DNA of 64,000 bases. Source: Azolla caroliniana (Eukaryota > Plantae > Polypodiophyta). Below the pieces are notes generated by a model that was not told the origin of the DNA, did no database searches, and saw nothing but the letters and a program-made list of their open reading frames with translations. This document shows, one piece after another, positions 25,450-39,700 of this stretch (position 1 is its first letter; every line of letters begins with the position of its first letter). The stretch covers positions 13,330,001 to 13,394,000 of the forward strand of contig JBHGNT010000011.1 in the NCBI GenBank assembly GCA_043228905.1, given 5' to 3'. A program made the position numbers and the translations under genes.

Positions 25450-26760
25450 CGTAGAGTGCAGAACTTCGCAAAATTTTGCGAGACAAAGGAGGACTTTCAC
25501 AACATATATGGTCTGTCGCTCGAGGGTATTGACCTTATTGTTCTAACAGATAGATTGATTAGTGATGTAGACTGGATGCCAGTATATAAAGTGCCTAGAG
25601 TGAAAGGCAAGCTCAAGCTCAAGCATGTATGACCAGACCTGTACGACGACTGCATGAGACTGCACCAGAATGTACATCAAGAGATCCCGGTTTCATTTGC
25701 CAAAGCTTTTGCATACGAGTATTGCAAAACAGCGAAGGAATCTCATGACCCTGAAATGTAAAGGGTAGCTTGGGCAATTTATGGTAAGGCATCGGTAGAA
25801 AGATGTCGGAGGATGGGGAGTTTGCAACAAAAAATGGCAAGATTTTGGAGCATGGCAGTTGATGATGCAATTGCGAACTCCCAACAAACCTGCAAGTATA
25901 CGCCACACCGACACACAATGAAAGCCAATGTCGATGATATAGGCGAGACATTGATTAGCTATATGCCAAAAAATGTCTATGAAGCTTGTGAGACATTGAT
26001 TTAGAGAAAGCAACATTGGCTGCTGCGATGGAGAGCAAAGTCACTTTGGCAGTTACAACAATCAGAAATAAGATTCAAGTACCTATTGTTTTGCTAGTAT
26101 GTAATATGTTATAAATAACTTGCACATGAAAATGTGCTACTGAGGCATTATTTGGAACAGGTTGCTCAACATGAACTTGAAATTGAGGGGTCGTTGTATC
26201 CCCAACGGAAAATTCAACTGCAGACAGAGATCCAGGTTCTTTCAATGAACCTAGACCTTCTAGGAGTAAATATTGTTGTTGATTACAATTTGGAAAAGCT
26301 ACAAGTAAGTTAATGACTCTTGTTTCTTGTTGTTGTGTCTTCCTCATTAAGGAATAATTAATCGGTAAATTTCTCGGCTGCGTTGAAGGAACAATACTCC
26401 CGTCAAGAAGAGGTAGTTAGCTACCTTAAGAAGCAACTACATTTTGTGGAGGGGATGGTAAGGAGCAGACAAGAATTGGACCTGAACATTCTTGCTCCCT
26501 TACCAAATGAAGGAGACCTAGGAAATGATATATTGATTGTTCAAGCACGTTGCATCGCTTGTGGATTATATGTAGAGGACAAATCTGCTACTCTGTTGGT
26601 TCCCCTACAACCATGCCAACACACATACCATATCGTTTGTTTTCAATATGCCTATCGTATTGTTGCATTCTGTTTGGGGGATTGTAGTACAACTCTCCCA
26701 GATGAGTGGAGAAAACACACTGGTAAAATTGTTGCTTGTGACCATAGTGTAGCTAATTAG
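25450..26760 (+). pseudogene. Degenerate gene fragment ending in a RING-H2-like zinc finger
   Basis: ORF 26383-26760 has CIAC..PCQHTYHIVC..CLGDC after a coiled-coil-like stretch; upstream frame YGLSLEGID..SFAKAFAY..RVAWAIYG with stops. Confidence 0.65.
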
Positions 26761-28400
26761 TTCCATCTTTGCTAATTAGGTAAACTGTATAAAGTGTGGA
26801 AACTATTTAGCTATTATGGTTGTAGTGTAGTAGCTAATTACCTAACATGTAGTTAATTAGCTAAGTGGTAGCTAATTAGCTACTACAATACTTTAGCTGA
26901 GTAGTTAATTAGCTACTACCATCATTTAGTACACTTAGCTAATTAGCTACTACCATATGTTAGCTGAGTAGCTAATTAGCTAAGTGGTAGCTAATAAGCT
27001 ACTACCATCGTTTAATACACTAGCTAATTAGCTAAATGGTAGCTAATTAGTTACTACTATAGTTTAGCTAAGTGGTAGCTAATTATGTAAGTGGTAGCTA
27101 ATTAGCTACTACCATAGTTTAGTACAATAGCTAATTAGCTACTACTATAGTTTAGTACAGTAGATAATTAGCTAAGTGGTAGCTAATTACCTACTACCAT
27201 AGTTTAGTACAATAGCTAATTAACGAAGTAGTAGCTAATTAGCTACTACTATAGTTTAATGTAGTAGCTAATTAGCTACTACTATAGTTTAGTGTAGTAG
27301 CTAATTAGCTACTACCATAGTTTAATACAATAGCTAATTCGCTAAATGGTAGCTAATTAGCTACTACCATAGTTTTGTACAATAGCTAAATAGCTAAGTG
27401 GTAGATAATTAGCTGCTACCATAGTTTAGTACAATAGCTAATTAGCTACCACTTAGCTAATTAGCTACTACCATACTTTAGCAGAGTAGCTAATTATGTA
27501 AGTGGTAGCTAATTAGCTACTACCATACGTTAGCTGAGTAGCTAATTAGCTACCACTTACCTAATTAGGTACTACCATAGTTTAGTACAGTAGCTAATTA
27601 GCTAAGTGGGAGCTAATTAACTACTACCATACTTTAGTTATAGTGGCTAATTAGCTAAATGGTAGCTAATTAGCTACTACCATAGTTTTGTACAATAGCT
27701 AATTAGCTAAGTGGTAGATAATTAGCTAGTACCATAGTTTAGTATAGTAGCTAATTAGCTACTAGTTAGCTAATTAACTACCATTTACATCATTACCTAC
27801 TACCATACTTTAGCAGAGTAGCTAATTATGTAAGTGGTAGCTAATTAGCTACTACCATAGTTTAGTACAGTAGCTAATTAGCTAAGTGGTAGCTCCACTT
27901 AGCTAATTAGCTATTACCATATGTTAGCTGAGTAGCTAATTAGCTACCACTGAGCTAATTCGGTACCACCATATAGGTTCTGCACTTCCCAATGTAAAAA
28001 TATATCCATACTTTAGCAAATTAGTTATAGTGGCTAATAAGGTAGTACCATACTTTAGTACAGTAGCTAATTAGGTAAGTGGTAGCAAATTAGCGATTAC
28101 CATACTTTAGCTAGGTAGCTAATTAGCTACTACCATAGTTTAGTACAATATCTAATTAGCTAAGTGATAGCTAATTAGCGACTACCATACTTCAGCTGAG
28201 TAGCTAATTAGCAAAGTGGTAGCTAATTAGCTACTACCATAGTTTAGTACAGTAGCTAATTAGCTAAGTGGTAGCTAATTAGCGACTACCATACTTCAGC
28301 TGAGTAGCTAATTAGCAAAGTGGTAGCTAATTAACTACTACCATAGTTTAGTATAGTAGCTAATTAGCTAAGTGGTAGCTAATTAGCTACTACCATAGTT
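26749..28400. repeat. Palindromic minisatellite array (core GTAGCTAATTAGCTAC)
   Basis: Dozens of copies of the 14-16 bp perfect palindrome in ~18-52 bp units; a 104-bp higher-order duplication at 28171 / 28275. Confidence 0.97.
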
Positions 28401-31400
28401 AAGAGGGTAAAGAGGATATCGCTATGGACCCAGACAAAGTACAAGCCATCTTGAATGCCCCGGCCCCCACCACGGCCAAAGCGCTCAACTGATTTTTGGG
28501 CTAAATACGGTGGCATAGTCGTATGCTCCGATACCTTGCCAATTCCACAACCCCTTTACACGCAACAGTCCATAAGGCGCCCTTTCGATGGACAGAACGA
28601 GAGGACACGACATACCAATAAGTGAAATTCATGTTGTCCCAAGCCCCGGATTGGACAGAGCCCTTTCACATATTCGTGGATGCATCCAATATCGTGATCG
28701 GTAGTGCTTTAATGCAGAAAACCCCACCAAATTGGTATCGCCCAGACTACTACGCCAGCCGTCGACTCTCAACAGCAGAAAGGAATTACTCCACCACGGA
28801 ACGAGAAGCACTCGGCATGATCTATAACGTTACGAAATTTCGGCACTATCTGCTCGGCCGAAAATTCACATTCCACGTAGATCATTCGACACTACTTTAC
28901 CTTGTAAATAAGCAAGCTCTGACTGGTCGGTTAGCACAATGGATGCTGCTCCTTCAGGAGTTCGATTTCGAAATTCAACACCAACCAGGCGTTCAACATG
29001 CGATATCAGACTATCTTAGCCATTTGGAAATGGGAGAACTGCCGAACTAGGACCACAGTGACTTACTGGACGCCGTCCTATTCTCCATCGACACATTACC
29101 CATCGAATTTGATCCTAATGACCCCTGGATCACCGAAATGATACAATTCCTGAGTACGGGACTTCCCCCGGACCACCTCACAATTGACGCTAGAAAATAC
29201 ACTGTATCACAAAGCCTCGGATGGCATCTGGAGACGCACGGTTCAATAACTCGAGAAAGACGCCATACTTCGGGAAGCTCACCATGGAATCGTGGGCAAG
29301 CATTATGTAGGCGATGCCACAACCCGAAAAATCTGGCAGAGCGGACTTTGCTGGCCGACCACAAAAAAGGATGCTCATGATTTTTGTTAACAATGTGATC
29401 TCTGTCAATGGATGGGACAACGAAATGAGTGCGACTGCATGCCTCACCAGCCGATCTGGCCCTTGGAACCATTCCAAAAGTGTGGCTTGGATTTCGTAGG
29501 CCCTTTTAAACCCCCCACCACACGCACTGGAAACAAATATATACTAGTAGCAACCGATTACTGTACGAAATGGGTCGAAGCAAAAGCGCTTCGAGATAAC
29601 ACAACAACATCAACCGCAAAACTCATTTACGAAAATTTATGGTGCCGTTTCGGTTGTCCAATCAAGCTAGTAAGTGGTCAAGGAGGACACTTCGTCAATC
29701 AAATCATACGCGAATGAACCTCCCACTACGCCGTCGTACACAAGGAAAGCACCCCATACTATCCCCAAGCTAATTATGGTCTTGCCAAATCCACAAATAA
29801 AACCCTTCAGACCATTGTTAAGAAAATTGTCAATGAGAATCACACGGATTGGGACAGTAAATTACACAGTGCTTTATGGGCTTATCGCACGACCTTTAAA
29901 ACAAGTATCAACTCAACACTTTTTCGGCTAGCTTTCGGATTAGAAGCCGTAATGCCCATTGAATTCCAGGTACCCAGCTTATGAGTACAAATAGCCGAAT
30001 GATTACCAGAATCAAAATCCGAACACCAGCGTCTGGTCCAATTGCTCAAACTCGGAGAACAACGAATTACTAGTCTGGCTCAATTGGAGCACGACCAGAG
30101 ACAAAGGAAAGCCTTCGTCGATAGACATTGTCGGATACTGGACAAAACTTTTGAAATCAGGTAGCCGGCCCTAATTTTCCAAACAAAACTCAGGGCTATG
30201 CCGAACAAGCTTCGATTCTGGTGGACAGGGCCCTTCTGGATCATTGACACGTACAAGGACACCTTTCAACTTGGCACATTGGCTGACGAAGCTCTGCCGC
30301 ATTGGGTCAACGGGTTTCGCTTGAAACTGTACCATGGAACGACACCACTTAATCCCTTTACCAACCAACGACACGATTTCGACCAAACGATGGTAGGTGG
30401 AACAAAAGATTACGAGGGCATCATGCCTCGATTGTGGTAACAACCCTAACTATCTTCCACATGTACAATATTTTATGAAAAAAAAGAGAAAAGAAAAAAA
30501 AGAGACCCACTCACTATTTAAAGCCGAGGTACGATATTCAAGAAAAGGAAGTACAAACGGTTCACACGACGCGTGGCCCTTAACTCTCAAGATTCTGAAT
30601 CTAGGGCACAAGGGAACGTCTCAAGAACCGAGGCATCCACACAAAAATATCACCAACAGCCAGAGCCACAACATTTGCAAGAACTCTCAAGCTTTCCCTC
30701 CTTCTGCACAGAACTGCTCTCACTCACCTACTCTCTCTAACCAAGCTTTCACTCATTCTCCATCTCCACAACCTCTTCCCTATCTACCTGACTCTCCAGC
30801 CCTCACCATGCCTCTCGAAGTATCTAAAGAACTCCGCACTTGGATGTCCAGATATCTCAATGTCTACGATGCACCTCCCCACCCAGAAGCTCAGGCCATC
30901 GCCAGAAGGATCCACCCCAACACCATCTTTGACAACATGATCTGAGCATCGCTTCATCTACAGAGGAGGGGTGAGCACGATCTCGACGTGCCGTCTCAAC
31001 ACATCTTGGACCAGCATTTTGGAGAGTATTCACTCTCGGGAAAAGCTCATCGCACGCATGGAGGTCCCAATGAGTTCTTTGGGAACCTAACCCATCTCCT
31101 CCTCAAGTACGCCTGCATGCACGCAAACCCCTATGGCATGCCGAAGAAAAAAGCAAGATTAATTATTACGGCCTACCGCGGCGGAGAAATCGATTGGGGA
31201 ATCATCACCGGTGAAGGTGTTCGAGCGGCCATCACTTCTTTTAAATCGAAGAAACAATTTTTACCCGTACTAGCACAATACATTGTCGTACTATACCCTC
31301 CCCAAGCACAACCGCCACGACAGACATTGGCGCTCCCTGCTCCACCCCCTAGGGCTAAAGGACAACGAACGTTGCAGTTGTCGCATGAAGAGTGCCAAGA

Positions 31401-34400
31401 TGATGATACCCAAGCCCTCTCCACAACCCAAGACGAGGAAAACACCAAAGACGAGGACAACATCACTATACGGGGCCGTGATAAGATGGCACGGGCAATA
31501 CCCTCACCCCGCCCGACACTACACTCAAAACCAACCAAATAGGCCGAACAAACAAAGCTTGTTCTAGAGCCAACCCAACAAAAAAAGGACCACGATGTAC
31601 AAGTGTTGAGATACAAGCTCAACATTGCCCGGATCGGTTGTGCAAGCCGAGAACCGGATCGGTTGGGATTGATCGGCTAGGCCGGACTGGTGCGTAAACC
31701 GGTGCGCAACGAGAAGCCGTAGCGGTGCGTAAACCACGAGGCCGTTGGAAAGATATTCTGAGTAGGAATATATTTTAGGAGTTACTGTAGAGCTCAATTA
31801 TGAGCATTGAAGTACATGTCAGTACTTTTGTCAGTCCGTATGGACTTGTATAAAAGTGCTCACTGAGCACATTCTATGTACAGAATGAGTATTATTTTTT
31901 GAATAATGTTGTGTGTATTCTCTCTTTCTCTGTCTCTCCCGCATATTGTGTGTGTGTCCAAGCTCTCCATTAAACCTGTGTTTTCCTACATTTTGCTTTC
32001 TGTTGCTTCCGCACGTTGTTCTTTTCACATGGTATCAGAGCGGGAGGGTTGAGAACCTCTGCAACTAACCTTAGCTCGAGAAGAAAAACTAACCTTTGAA
32101 AAGAACAGGGAAAACAAAATGGATAGAGGCATGGCTAGCTGGCTTCCGACGAGAAGCTCGATAGAAATAACTACGCGTCTTGGTCATACAAGATGCACCA
32201 GTAGCTGCTCGAGCATGGATATTGGAGCTATGTCGACGGAGAAAATGACACAGCATCCAATTCGACACACAAAGACTTCCCGACTTAGGAAGAGTTGGCG
32301 AGCAGAGTTCTCTAGTGCTTCGCGTCTTGTGTGGGCGAACAACTTCTGAGCTATATTCGGGATGCAAAAACGCCGAAGGATGCTTGGGGAAATATGAAAA
32401 TGATTTTTGCCGAAAGCACCAAAGCCAGAAAGCTCCAACTCCGATAGGTGTTGAGCAACTTGACAATGCGATTTTTCGGTGGCTGATTACATTCCAAAGA
32501 TCAAAGATATATGCGACTCCTTAGCCTCCATCGATGTGAACGTCGAGGAAGGCAAGATGGTGCAAATCTGTCTCGGGGGACTGGCGTCGAAGTTCGGAAT
32601 GTTCCGAATTGTTGCAGGCACATGGGAGAATTTGTCGTCGTTTTTCGACCTACACTCGATGCTCCTTATAGAGGAGAACCACGCGGGTGCGTCGACAAAT
32701 ATGCACACCGATAACAAGATGCTGTACACGGAGGGAGATAGGCCCCGTGGTTGTGGCAGATGAGGCAAGTTGGTGCGCAATGGAGCCGGCCGACGGGATC
32801 AAGGAACAAGGCATCGAAGTGATGTCAACGACAATTCCGAACCCTCCGGAAGTAGGGGGAGTCAAGGAGGTGACGAGAACCGACAAGGGAAATGTTGAGC
32901 GGTAAGCTCAACTAGAGCCGGATCAACTGAATAAGCCTGAGCCGGCAAGCGAGAAAAATCGGTAAGCTGTGAGCAACCGAGCCGGCAAGCAACAAAGCCG
33001 GTGAGCTGGGGAGCCGGTTTGCCGGATCCAATCAGTAACCAGAAGCCTAGTACTAGTGTAGACTGCTAGGCAATTATAGTCTCGTAGTAAGTGTCAGATG
33101 CTCGTGTGAGCATTGAAGTACGCGGTACTTCTGTCAGTCCCACGAGGACTTGTATAAATAATGCTACTGAGCATAGTTGTAAGCACAAAGTGTTTTTTTA
33201 TCGTTTTTGAATATAGCCTTGAAGTTCTGCTCTCTCTTTGTCTCTCTTGTGTACTCTGTGTATTCCCTACCTTCTCTATTTTCTAACACTTCTAACGCTT
33301 CTGCAAGTAATCGTTTACATGGTATCAAAGCGCGAGGGTTGAGAACCTCCTCTGTAACCGAGAAACGCTTGAAAGAAAACCCTAACAGGTCGTGAAATAG
33401 AAGACAGAGAAGTGATGGATAGAGGGATGGCTAGCTCGCTCCCTGTGGAGAAACTCGACAGATCCAACTATGCATCTTGGTCGTATAAGATGCACCAGTA
33501 CCTGCTTGGGCATGGCTACTAGATTTTCATCGAAGGAGCCAACGAAACAACACCTGATGCAGCACATAAGGACTTCCCAGTGTGGGAACAATCGGCAAGC
33601 AGAGTGATGTACTGCTTCACGTCCAGTGTCGGAGACCAGTTGCTGAGCCACATCCGAGACGCCAAGATGCTGAAGGAGGCTTGGGGAAACCTGAAGAAGG
33701 TTTTCGCCGTGAGCACTATAGCCCGAAAGCTGCAACTCCGACAGGAGTTAAGCAATGTCCGATAGAAGGACATGTCGGTGGCGGATTACACGGTCTAGAT
33801 CAAAGAGATCTATGACTCGCTAGCCTCTATCAACGTTACTCTAGAGGAAGACGAGATGGTACAGGTCTGTCTTGGGGGCCTGGTGTCTAAGTTCAGAGCG
33901 TTCCGAACGGCGGTATGTACCAGGGAGAATACGCCGTCATTTTTCGACTTACAGTCGATGCTCCTTGTAGAGGAGAACCACGCTGGTGCGTCAACTAGCG
34001 CACCCATTGGCAACCGGATGTTGTACATGGAAGCGGATCGGTCCCGTGGGTGTGGTGGACGAGGCGGGTCCGCACGCAATGGAGGCAGCCGGCAAGAGCA
34101 AGAATGAAGGCACAGAGAACATGCCGACAACAGTTCCAGGACTTCCACACGCAGGGGGAGTCAAGGCGGTGCTGGAGGCCGGCAAGACAAATCTGCAATG
34201 GAATGCTAGTACTGTGGCAAAAAGGGCCCCAGAGAAAGCGAGTGCTGGAGAAAACGAGCCGATTTTGACAAATCCGGATCCAGCAAGGCCGGCAAGGATG
34301 GTCGACAAAGCTCGCACTACGCGATGGGATCCGGAGGATCCAAGAACAGTAACGGGCCAGCCTTGGTGATGAAGCATGAGGCGAACTCGATGAAGAAGAC

Positions 34401-36398
34401 CACTTCCAAATCGGAGGAAGTGTGGTATGTTGATTCCGGTGCGTCGAACCACATGACGAACCACAAAGAGTGGTTCTCCTTTTTGCAGAAACCGGATCAA
34501 CCAGGAGTAGTCGAAACCGGAGACGACACTCCTCACCCAATTGTGCACGTCGGAGAAGTCCCTTTGAGCCACATTGGACAGAAGGGGAAGCTGATGAACG
34601 TATTACATGTTCCGACGATCACGAAGAACCTGGTGTCGGTCGGACAGATCGTCGACCAAGGGATGCAGGTGCGGTTTACGCACCTCGGGTGCTTCATCGA
34701 GGAAGAGGGCCAGATTATTGCGCAAGGGCGCAGAGATGGGAGGATGTTTATCCTCGACACCAATGACGTCGGCACCACTCTGTTTGCAAAAGGACAGAAG
34801 GTCGAATCGGACATCGACCTGTGGCACAAGCAGATAGGCCACATCAATTACCGGAGGCTTCAAGACCTGCAAACGAAACAAGTTGTTTTCGGTTTGCCGA
34901 AGTTTAGCGGCCGGAAGGCCCAAGTATGTGAAGCCTGCCAACTCGGGAAGCAACACCGGCTTCCATTCCCCACCGAACGTAACCGGAGCCGTAACAAGCT
35001 CGACCTTATCCATTCGGATGTGTGGGGACCGACACAAAATGTTAGTCTTGGCGGGAGTCGATATTTCGTCTCCTTCATCGACAACTATACGCGGCACACA
35101 TGGATCTACCTCATTGAGCGGAAAAGTGAAGTCTTCGAGTGTTTCCAGAGTCTCCAAAGCATGGTGGAACTGGAATCGGAGAGGAAGATCAAATGCCTAC
35201 GGTTGGATGGCGGAAAAGAGTACTTTTCTGGCCAATTCAACAGTTATCTGCAGCAAAAGTGAATTCGGCGAGAGTTCAGCTGCAGATACACACCGCAATA
35301 GAACGGTGTTGCCGAAAGGAAGAACCGGTTCCTTATTGATATGGGAAGGGCAATGTTGGAGGAGAAGAGCATGCCCAAATTTTACTGGGCGGAGGCAGTC
35401 CTAACAGTTGTCTACATCCAGAATCGGATCGGTGACAAGGTGTTAGCAAAGGAGCTGTATTTCGGACGCAAGCTGAATTTGAGACACCTTAATATCTTTG
35501 GTAGCATTGCATATGTGCATGTACCGGAAGAGAAGCGGAGGAAGCCGGATGCAAAATTGGAAAAATGCATCCTAATCGGCTATGCTCAAGAGCCGAAGGG
35601 TTATAAGTGTTATCACCCCTGGACAAAGCAGGTTCGAGTTAGTCCAGATGTCGAGTTCAATGAATCGGCATCGTGGTACTCCTTACCGGCTCCGACTTAC
35701 GAATCCGACCCGGTGCCGATGGATGAGGCTAGTGAGCCTGAACAGGCCTAGGTAGAGGATGATGAAGCGTGGACTCAGGATGAGAGTCCGGAATCGTTCC
35801 AGTTGAGCGGGCCAAATGAGAGACTGAGTCAATCTAACCAGTCCGATGAGGAACCGACGAGTACTGGAGACTCTGTCGTGCACTCCCCGCGCAAGGAACC
35901 GAGGCGACGGTTCACGCGCAAAGAGAAGGGGAAGAAGAAGATGCCGGAATTCGAAACCGGCAATGATGAGTCGGATCAGTGTGCATCTGACTCCGGCAAG
36001 GAGAAAGGTGGATCTTCGGCAACGAAGACCGAACCGGCCAAGAAGGGCCTCAAACCAGGTAACAGTGAGTTACAATCGGTCCACCCGCCAGAAGGATCCC
36101 GTCTAGCGGTACGGGTACAATGAATACATGGCGCCTCACTATGCATACATGACTAAGGTGGCGGAAGTGCATAAGCCAGAGAGCTACGCAGAAGCGGCCA
36201 AGGACACAAATTGGCGTGTCGCTATGGAAGAAGATATCTGGGCTCTTGATGTCAACAAGACATGGGACCTGTCAGGAACTCTATTAAGGCAGAGAAGGAA
36301 TTAGTACTAAAAGAAGGATTAGTACTATTGTTGGGGAATAGTACTAAGACAGAGAAGGATTAGTACTATGAGAGGTGTCGAACTTTGAGAGAAGGAAT

Positions 36399-36450
<52 letters not shown>

Positions 36451-36732
36451 TGATGCGAAAGATATATGTATTATATGACGGAAGATATACAACAGTAGTT
36501 AGAAGGCTTAAGACTGGCGTTGAACCGATTTGGTTCGAACTAATGCCTTGCGCCTCCTTTTATAGTGTCTTCAGGAATACTCCTGAAGTTTCTAGAATGT
36601 TCCAGAGAAATCTGGAATATACATCAATTTCCCAATAAAACCTAAATGAAAATAATATCCTTCAAATTACAATTCATACCCTAATGGTAAAGTCTCGACC
36701 CGTGTAACAAAAGGTTATGGGTTCGAGTCTAG

Positions 36733-39700
36733 TTATGACACTATCCCCCCTTTAAAACGACGAGTTTCACGAGTCGTTTTGGATTGAGGACCCGGTTTCT
36801 CGGGATATCGTCGATGGAAGTCTTCTAGAAGAGCACGAGCATTGGTCACATTCTCGATCGGTTCCCAAGTACGCTCGCTGGGACTATATCCTAGCCAATC
36901 GACTAGATAGTAGAGCTTGTTGCGAACAATCTTGGAATCGAGGATGGCAGCGACCTCATACTCAGGTCCATCTTCGAGCTCGATAGGAGGTGGAGGTTGT
37001 ATAGTACGTCCTGGGATAGTGCTCTCGTGATAGGGTTCGAGGAGAGAACTATGAAACACCGGGTGTATCCGAAGTTGCGGAGGTAGCTCGAGACGAAAAG
37101 CGACATCATTAATCTTCCCGATAATACGGAAAGGACCTAATCGCCGATAATCCAACTTCTCACATGGGCGAGTAGTCTTGATGTGTCGTCGTAGCAGCCA
37201 CACCCGATCTCCAATGTTAAAACTGGATGGAAGTCGATGACGATCTGCGTAGTCCTTGTGTGATTGTTGAGCTTGCTGGAGTTGAGTAGATAAATCCGCT
37301 TGTATCTTGCGTAACCGCTCCAAACGATCCTCCGCGCAAGGATTTGTGGACACTTCTGGGGTTTCAAGGACACACCACCGGGGATGATATCCCGTATAAG
37401 CGTAGAATGGCGTGACTTTAGTCGATGCGTGGATAGCGTTATTATAGGCAAATTCGGCGAACTGAAGAATATCTGCCCAGTCATTCTGATGATAGTTGAG
37501 AAAGCACCGCAGATACTGCTCCAGTGTTTGATTTGTTCGTTCGGCTTGACCGTCGGTTTGTGGGTGGTAGCCGGAGGAGAGGTTACAAGTGACCTTCAGC
37601 ATTTTAAAAAGGTGCTTCCAGAATTTTGACACAAACTGGGGTCCACGATCGCTGATGATATTATCAGGGAGTCCATGATGCCGACATACTTCCCGCATGA
37701 CAATTTCGGCGGTGTCTTCACTAGATATTTCTTTAGTACATGGTAAGAAATGAGCCATCTTCGTATATCGATCCACCACTGTGAGAATCGCACTGAATCC
37801 CTTAGAGACTGGAAGATCTGTAATGAAGTCAAGAGCAATGGATTGCCATGGCTTGCTCGGAATTGGTAATGGTTCTAATAAACCATATGGATGATGTCTT
37901 GGCATTTTCGCTCTGCAGCATGTATCGCAAGTCCGAACAAAATCTTCGACAAATTGTCGCATACGGGGCCACCAGAATGATCGTTGTACTAAATCTAATG
38001 TTTTAGTACTACCAAAATGTCCTGCTGTATATGTGTCATGGCAGTTTTGTACTACTCGAAGGCGGCAAGAACCATTAGGAACATACAAAAGTTCTTTAAA
38101 GAAGAGTAATCCATCACAGTATTTGAATTGCCGATAATCCGTACCTGGTGATTGTGATTGTGAACATGACGCTCGAGAGGGGTCAATTTGTGCTAGTATA
38201 GCTTGGGCGAAAGCGTCAGTCTTCAAGTCCTCACGTATAGTATTGGTAATGTCGGAATCCACGGGCATGTCAAAGACCTGTGCTGCTTGCAGTCGTGCTG
38301 GACCCAAGATTACTTGCTTCTGGTTATCGAAAGCTGGCTCACCGGGACGTGGTGTTAGATACGAACGCCGTGATAATGCATCTGCCTTCCCTTGGTGCTT
38401 CCCCGGACGATATGTAATTTTGAAGTCGAAGCGTGTGAGGAAGTGGGCCCACCGAGCTTGACGTCGATTCAGTACACGAGCATCTTGAAAGTAGGCAAGG
38501 TTCTTGTGGTCACTGAATACAGTGACCTGATGAGGAGATCCCTCCAGGAAATGCCTCCATTGCATAAAAGAATCAACTATTGCTAATAGCTCTTTATCAT
38601 GAATTTCGTAGTTGATTTCGGCGGCGTCAAACTTACGGGAGTGGAAAGCCACAGGATGTAGCTTCTCATCGTTACCCTGTTGTGACAGAATGCTCCCCAA
38701 TGCGAAATCCGATGCATCAGCTTCGATAATGAATGGTTTTTCCGGATCCACATGACCTAAAATTGGAGCTGATGTAAACGCCTTCTTAAGACTCTCGAAA
38801 GCCATGTCCGTCTCTTTAGACCAAATGAATGATTGTCCCTTCCTGGTGAGCTGTGTGAGAGGCAGCACAATTTTTGAGTAATTTTGTATGAACTTCCGAT
38901 AGAAATTTGCAAAGCCTAGGAAGCATTGCACATCCCGCACCGAACGCGGAGTGTGCCATTCTATCACCGTTTTGACCTTGGCTGGGTCCATAGATATGCC
39001 TTCTGAGGAGATGACATAGCCGAGAAACTCCACTTGGTTGCACCCGAAACTACATTTCTCTAACTTTGCATACAGACCATGTTCTCGAAGTCGTTTTAGT
39101 ACTAATAGTACATGAGAATCATGTTCTTCTTGGGTCTTTGAATAAACCAGTAGATCATCCAAATAGATGATCAAAAAATCATCCAAGAGATCTCGAAATA
39201 TATCATTCGCCATGTGCTGGAAGACTGCCGGCGCATTAGTGAGTCCGAACGGCATGACCGTATACTCGAAGTGCCCATATCTGGTGCGAAACGCGGTCTT
39301 CCATTCATCTCCTGGTCGGATCCGTACGAGGTTATAGGCTCCTCGTAAGTCTATCTTCGTGAAGAACCTGGCACCGTTGATCCGTTCTAAAAGACTTGAG
39401 ATAAGGGGAAGAGCATACCTATTTCTTACTGTGACCTTATTCAAGCCACGGTAATCTACAACGAGTCGAAGCGAGCCATCTTTTTTCTTGACGAAGAAAA
39501 TGGGTGCGCCGGCTGGAGATTTCGAATGCCGAATGAAACCGTTCTCCAAATTCTCCTCTATATAGGCTCGAAGGACTTCTAGCTCGGTTGGTGACAAATT
39601 GTAGATCGGCCCCCATGGCGGCTCTTTTCCCGGTTGTAAGTCGATGGCGCAGTCGTACGGCCGATGATGAGGAAGTGTGTTGGCTTGTACTTTATCGAAC

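Larger units (their letters stand above)
24498..28411 (+). mobile_element. Unclassified 3.9-kb insertion in G2 RT
   Basis: RT reads GALLGH before and KEDIAMDPDKVQAI after; GGGTAAA at both ends; the same palindrome occurs near both ends. Confidence 0.7.
20905..31603 (+). mobile_element. Degenerate non-chromoviral Gypsy (G2) internal region, same lineage as 44046-53919; no 5' LTR seen; interrupted at 24498-28411 and cut at 31603
   Basis: Gag (21377-22015), knuckle CFNCNKTGHYANEC, protease LIDGGSGVNII, RT WLSPIVVVPKKNG..CVDYRKLN, RNase H FVDASN, integrase [18 protein letters not shown], extra ORF from ~30808. Confidence 0.9.

Noticed and set aside
26749-28400. Palindromic array as a CRISPR locus
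   Set aside because: The linkers are short and themselves repeated rather than unique spacers, no cas genes are present, and the context is eukaryotic.
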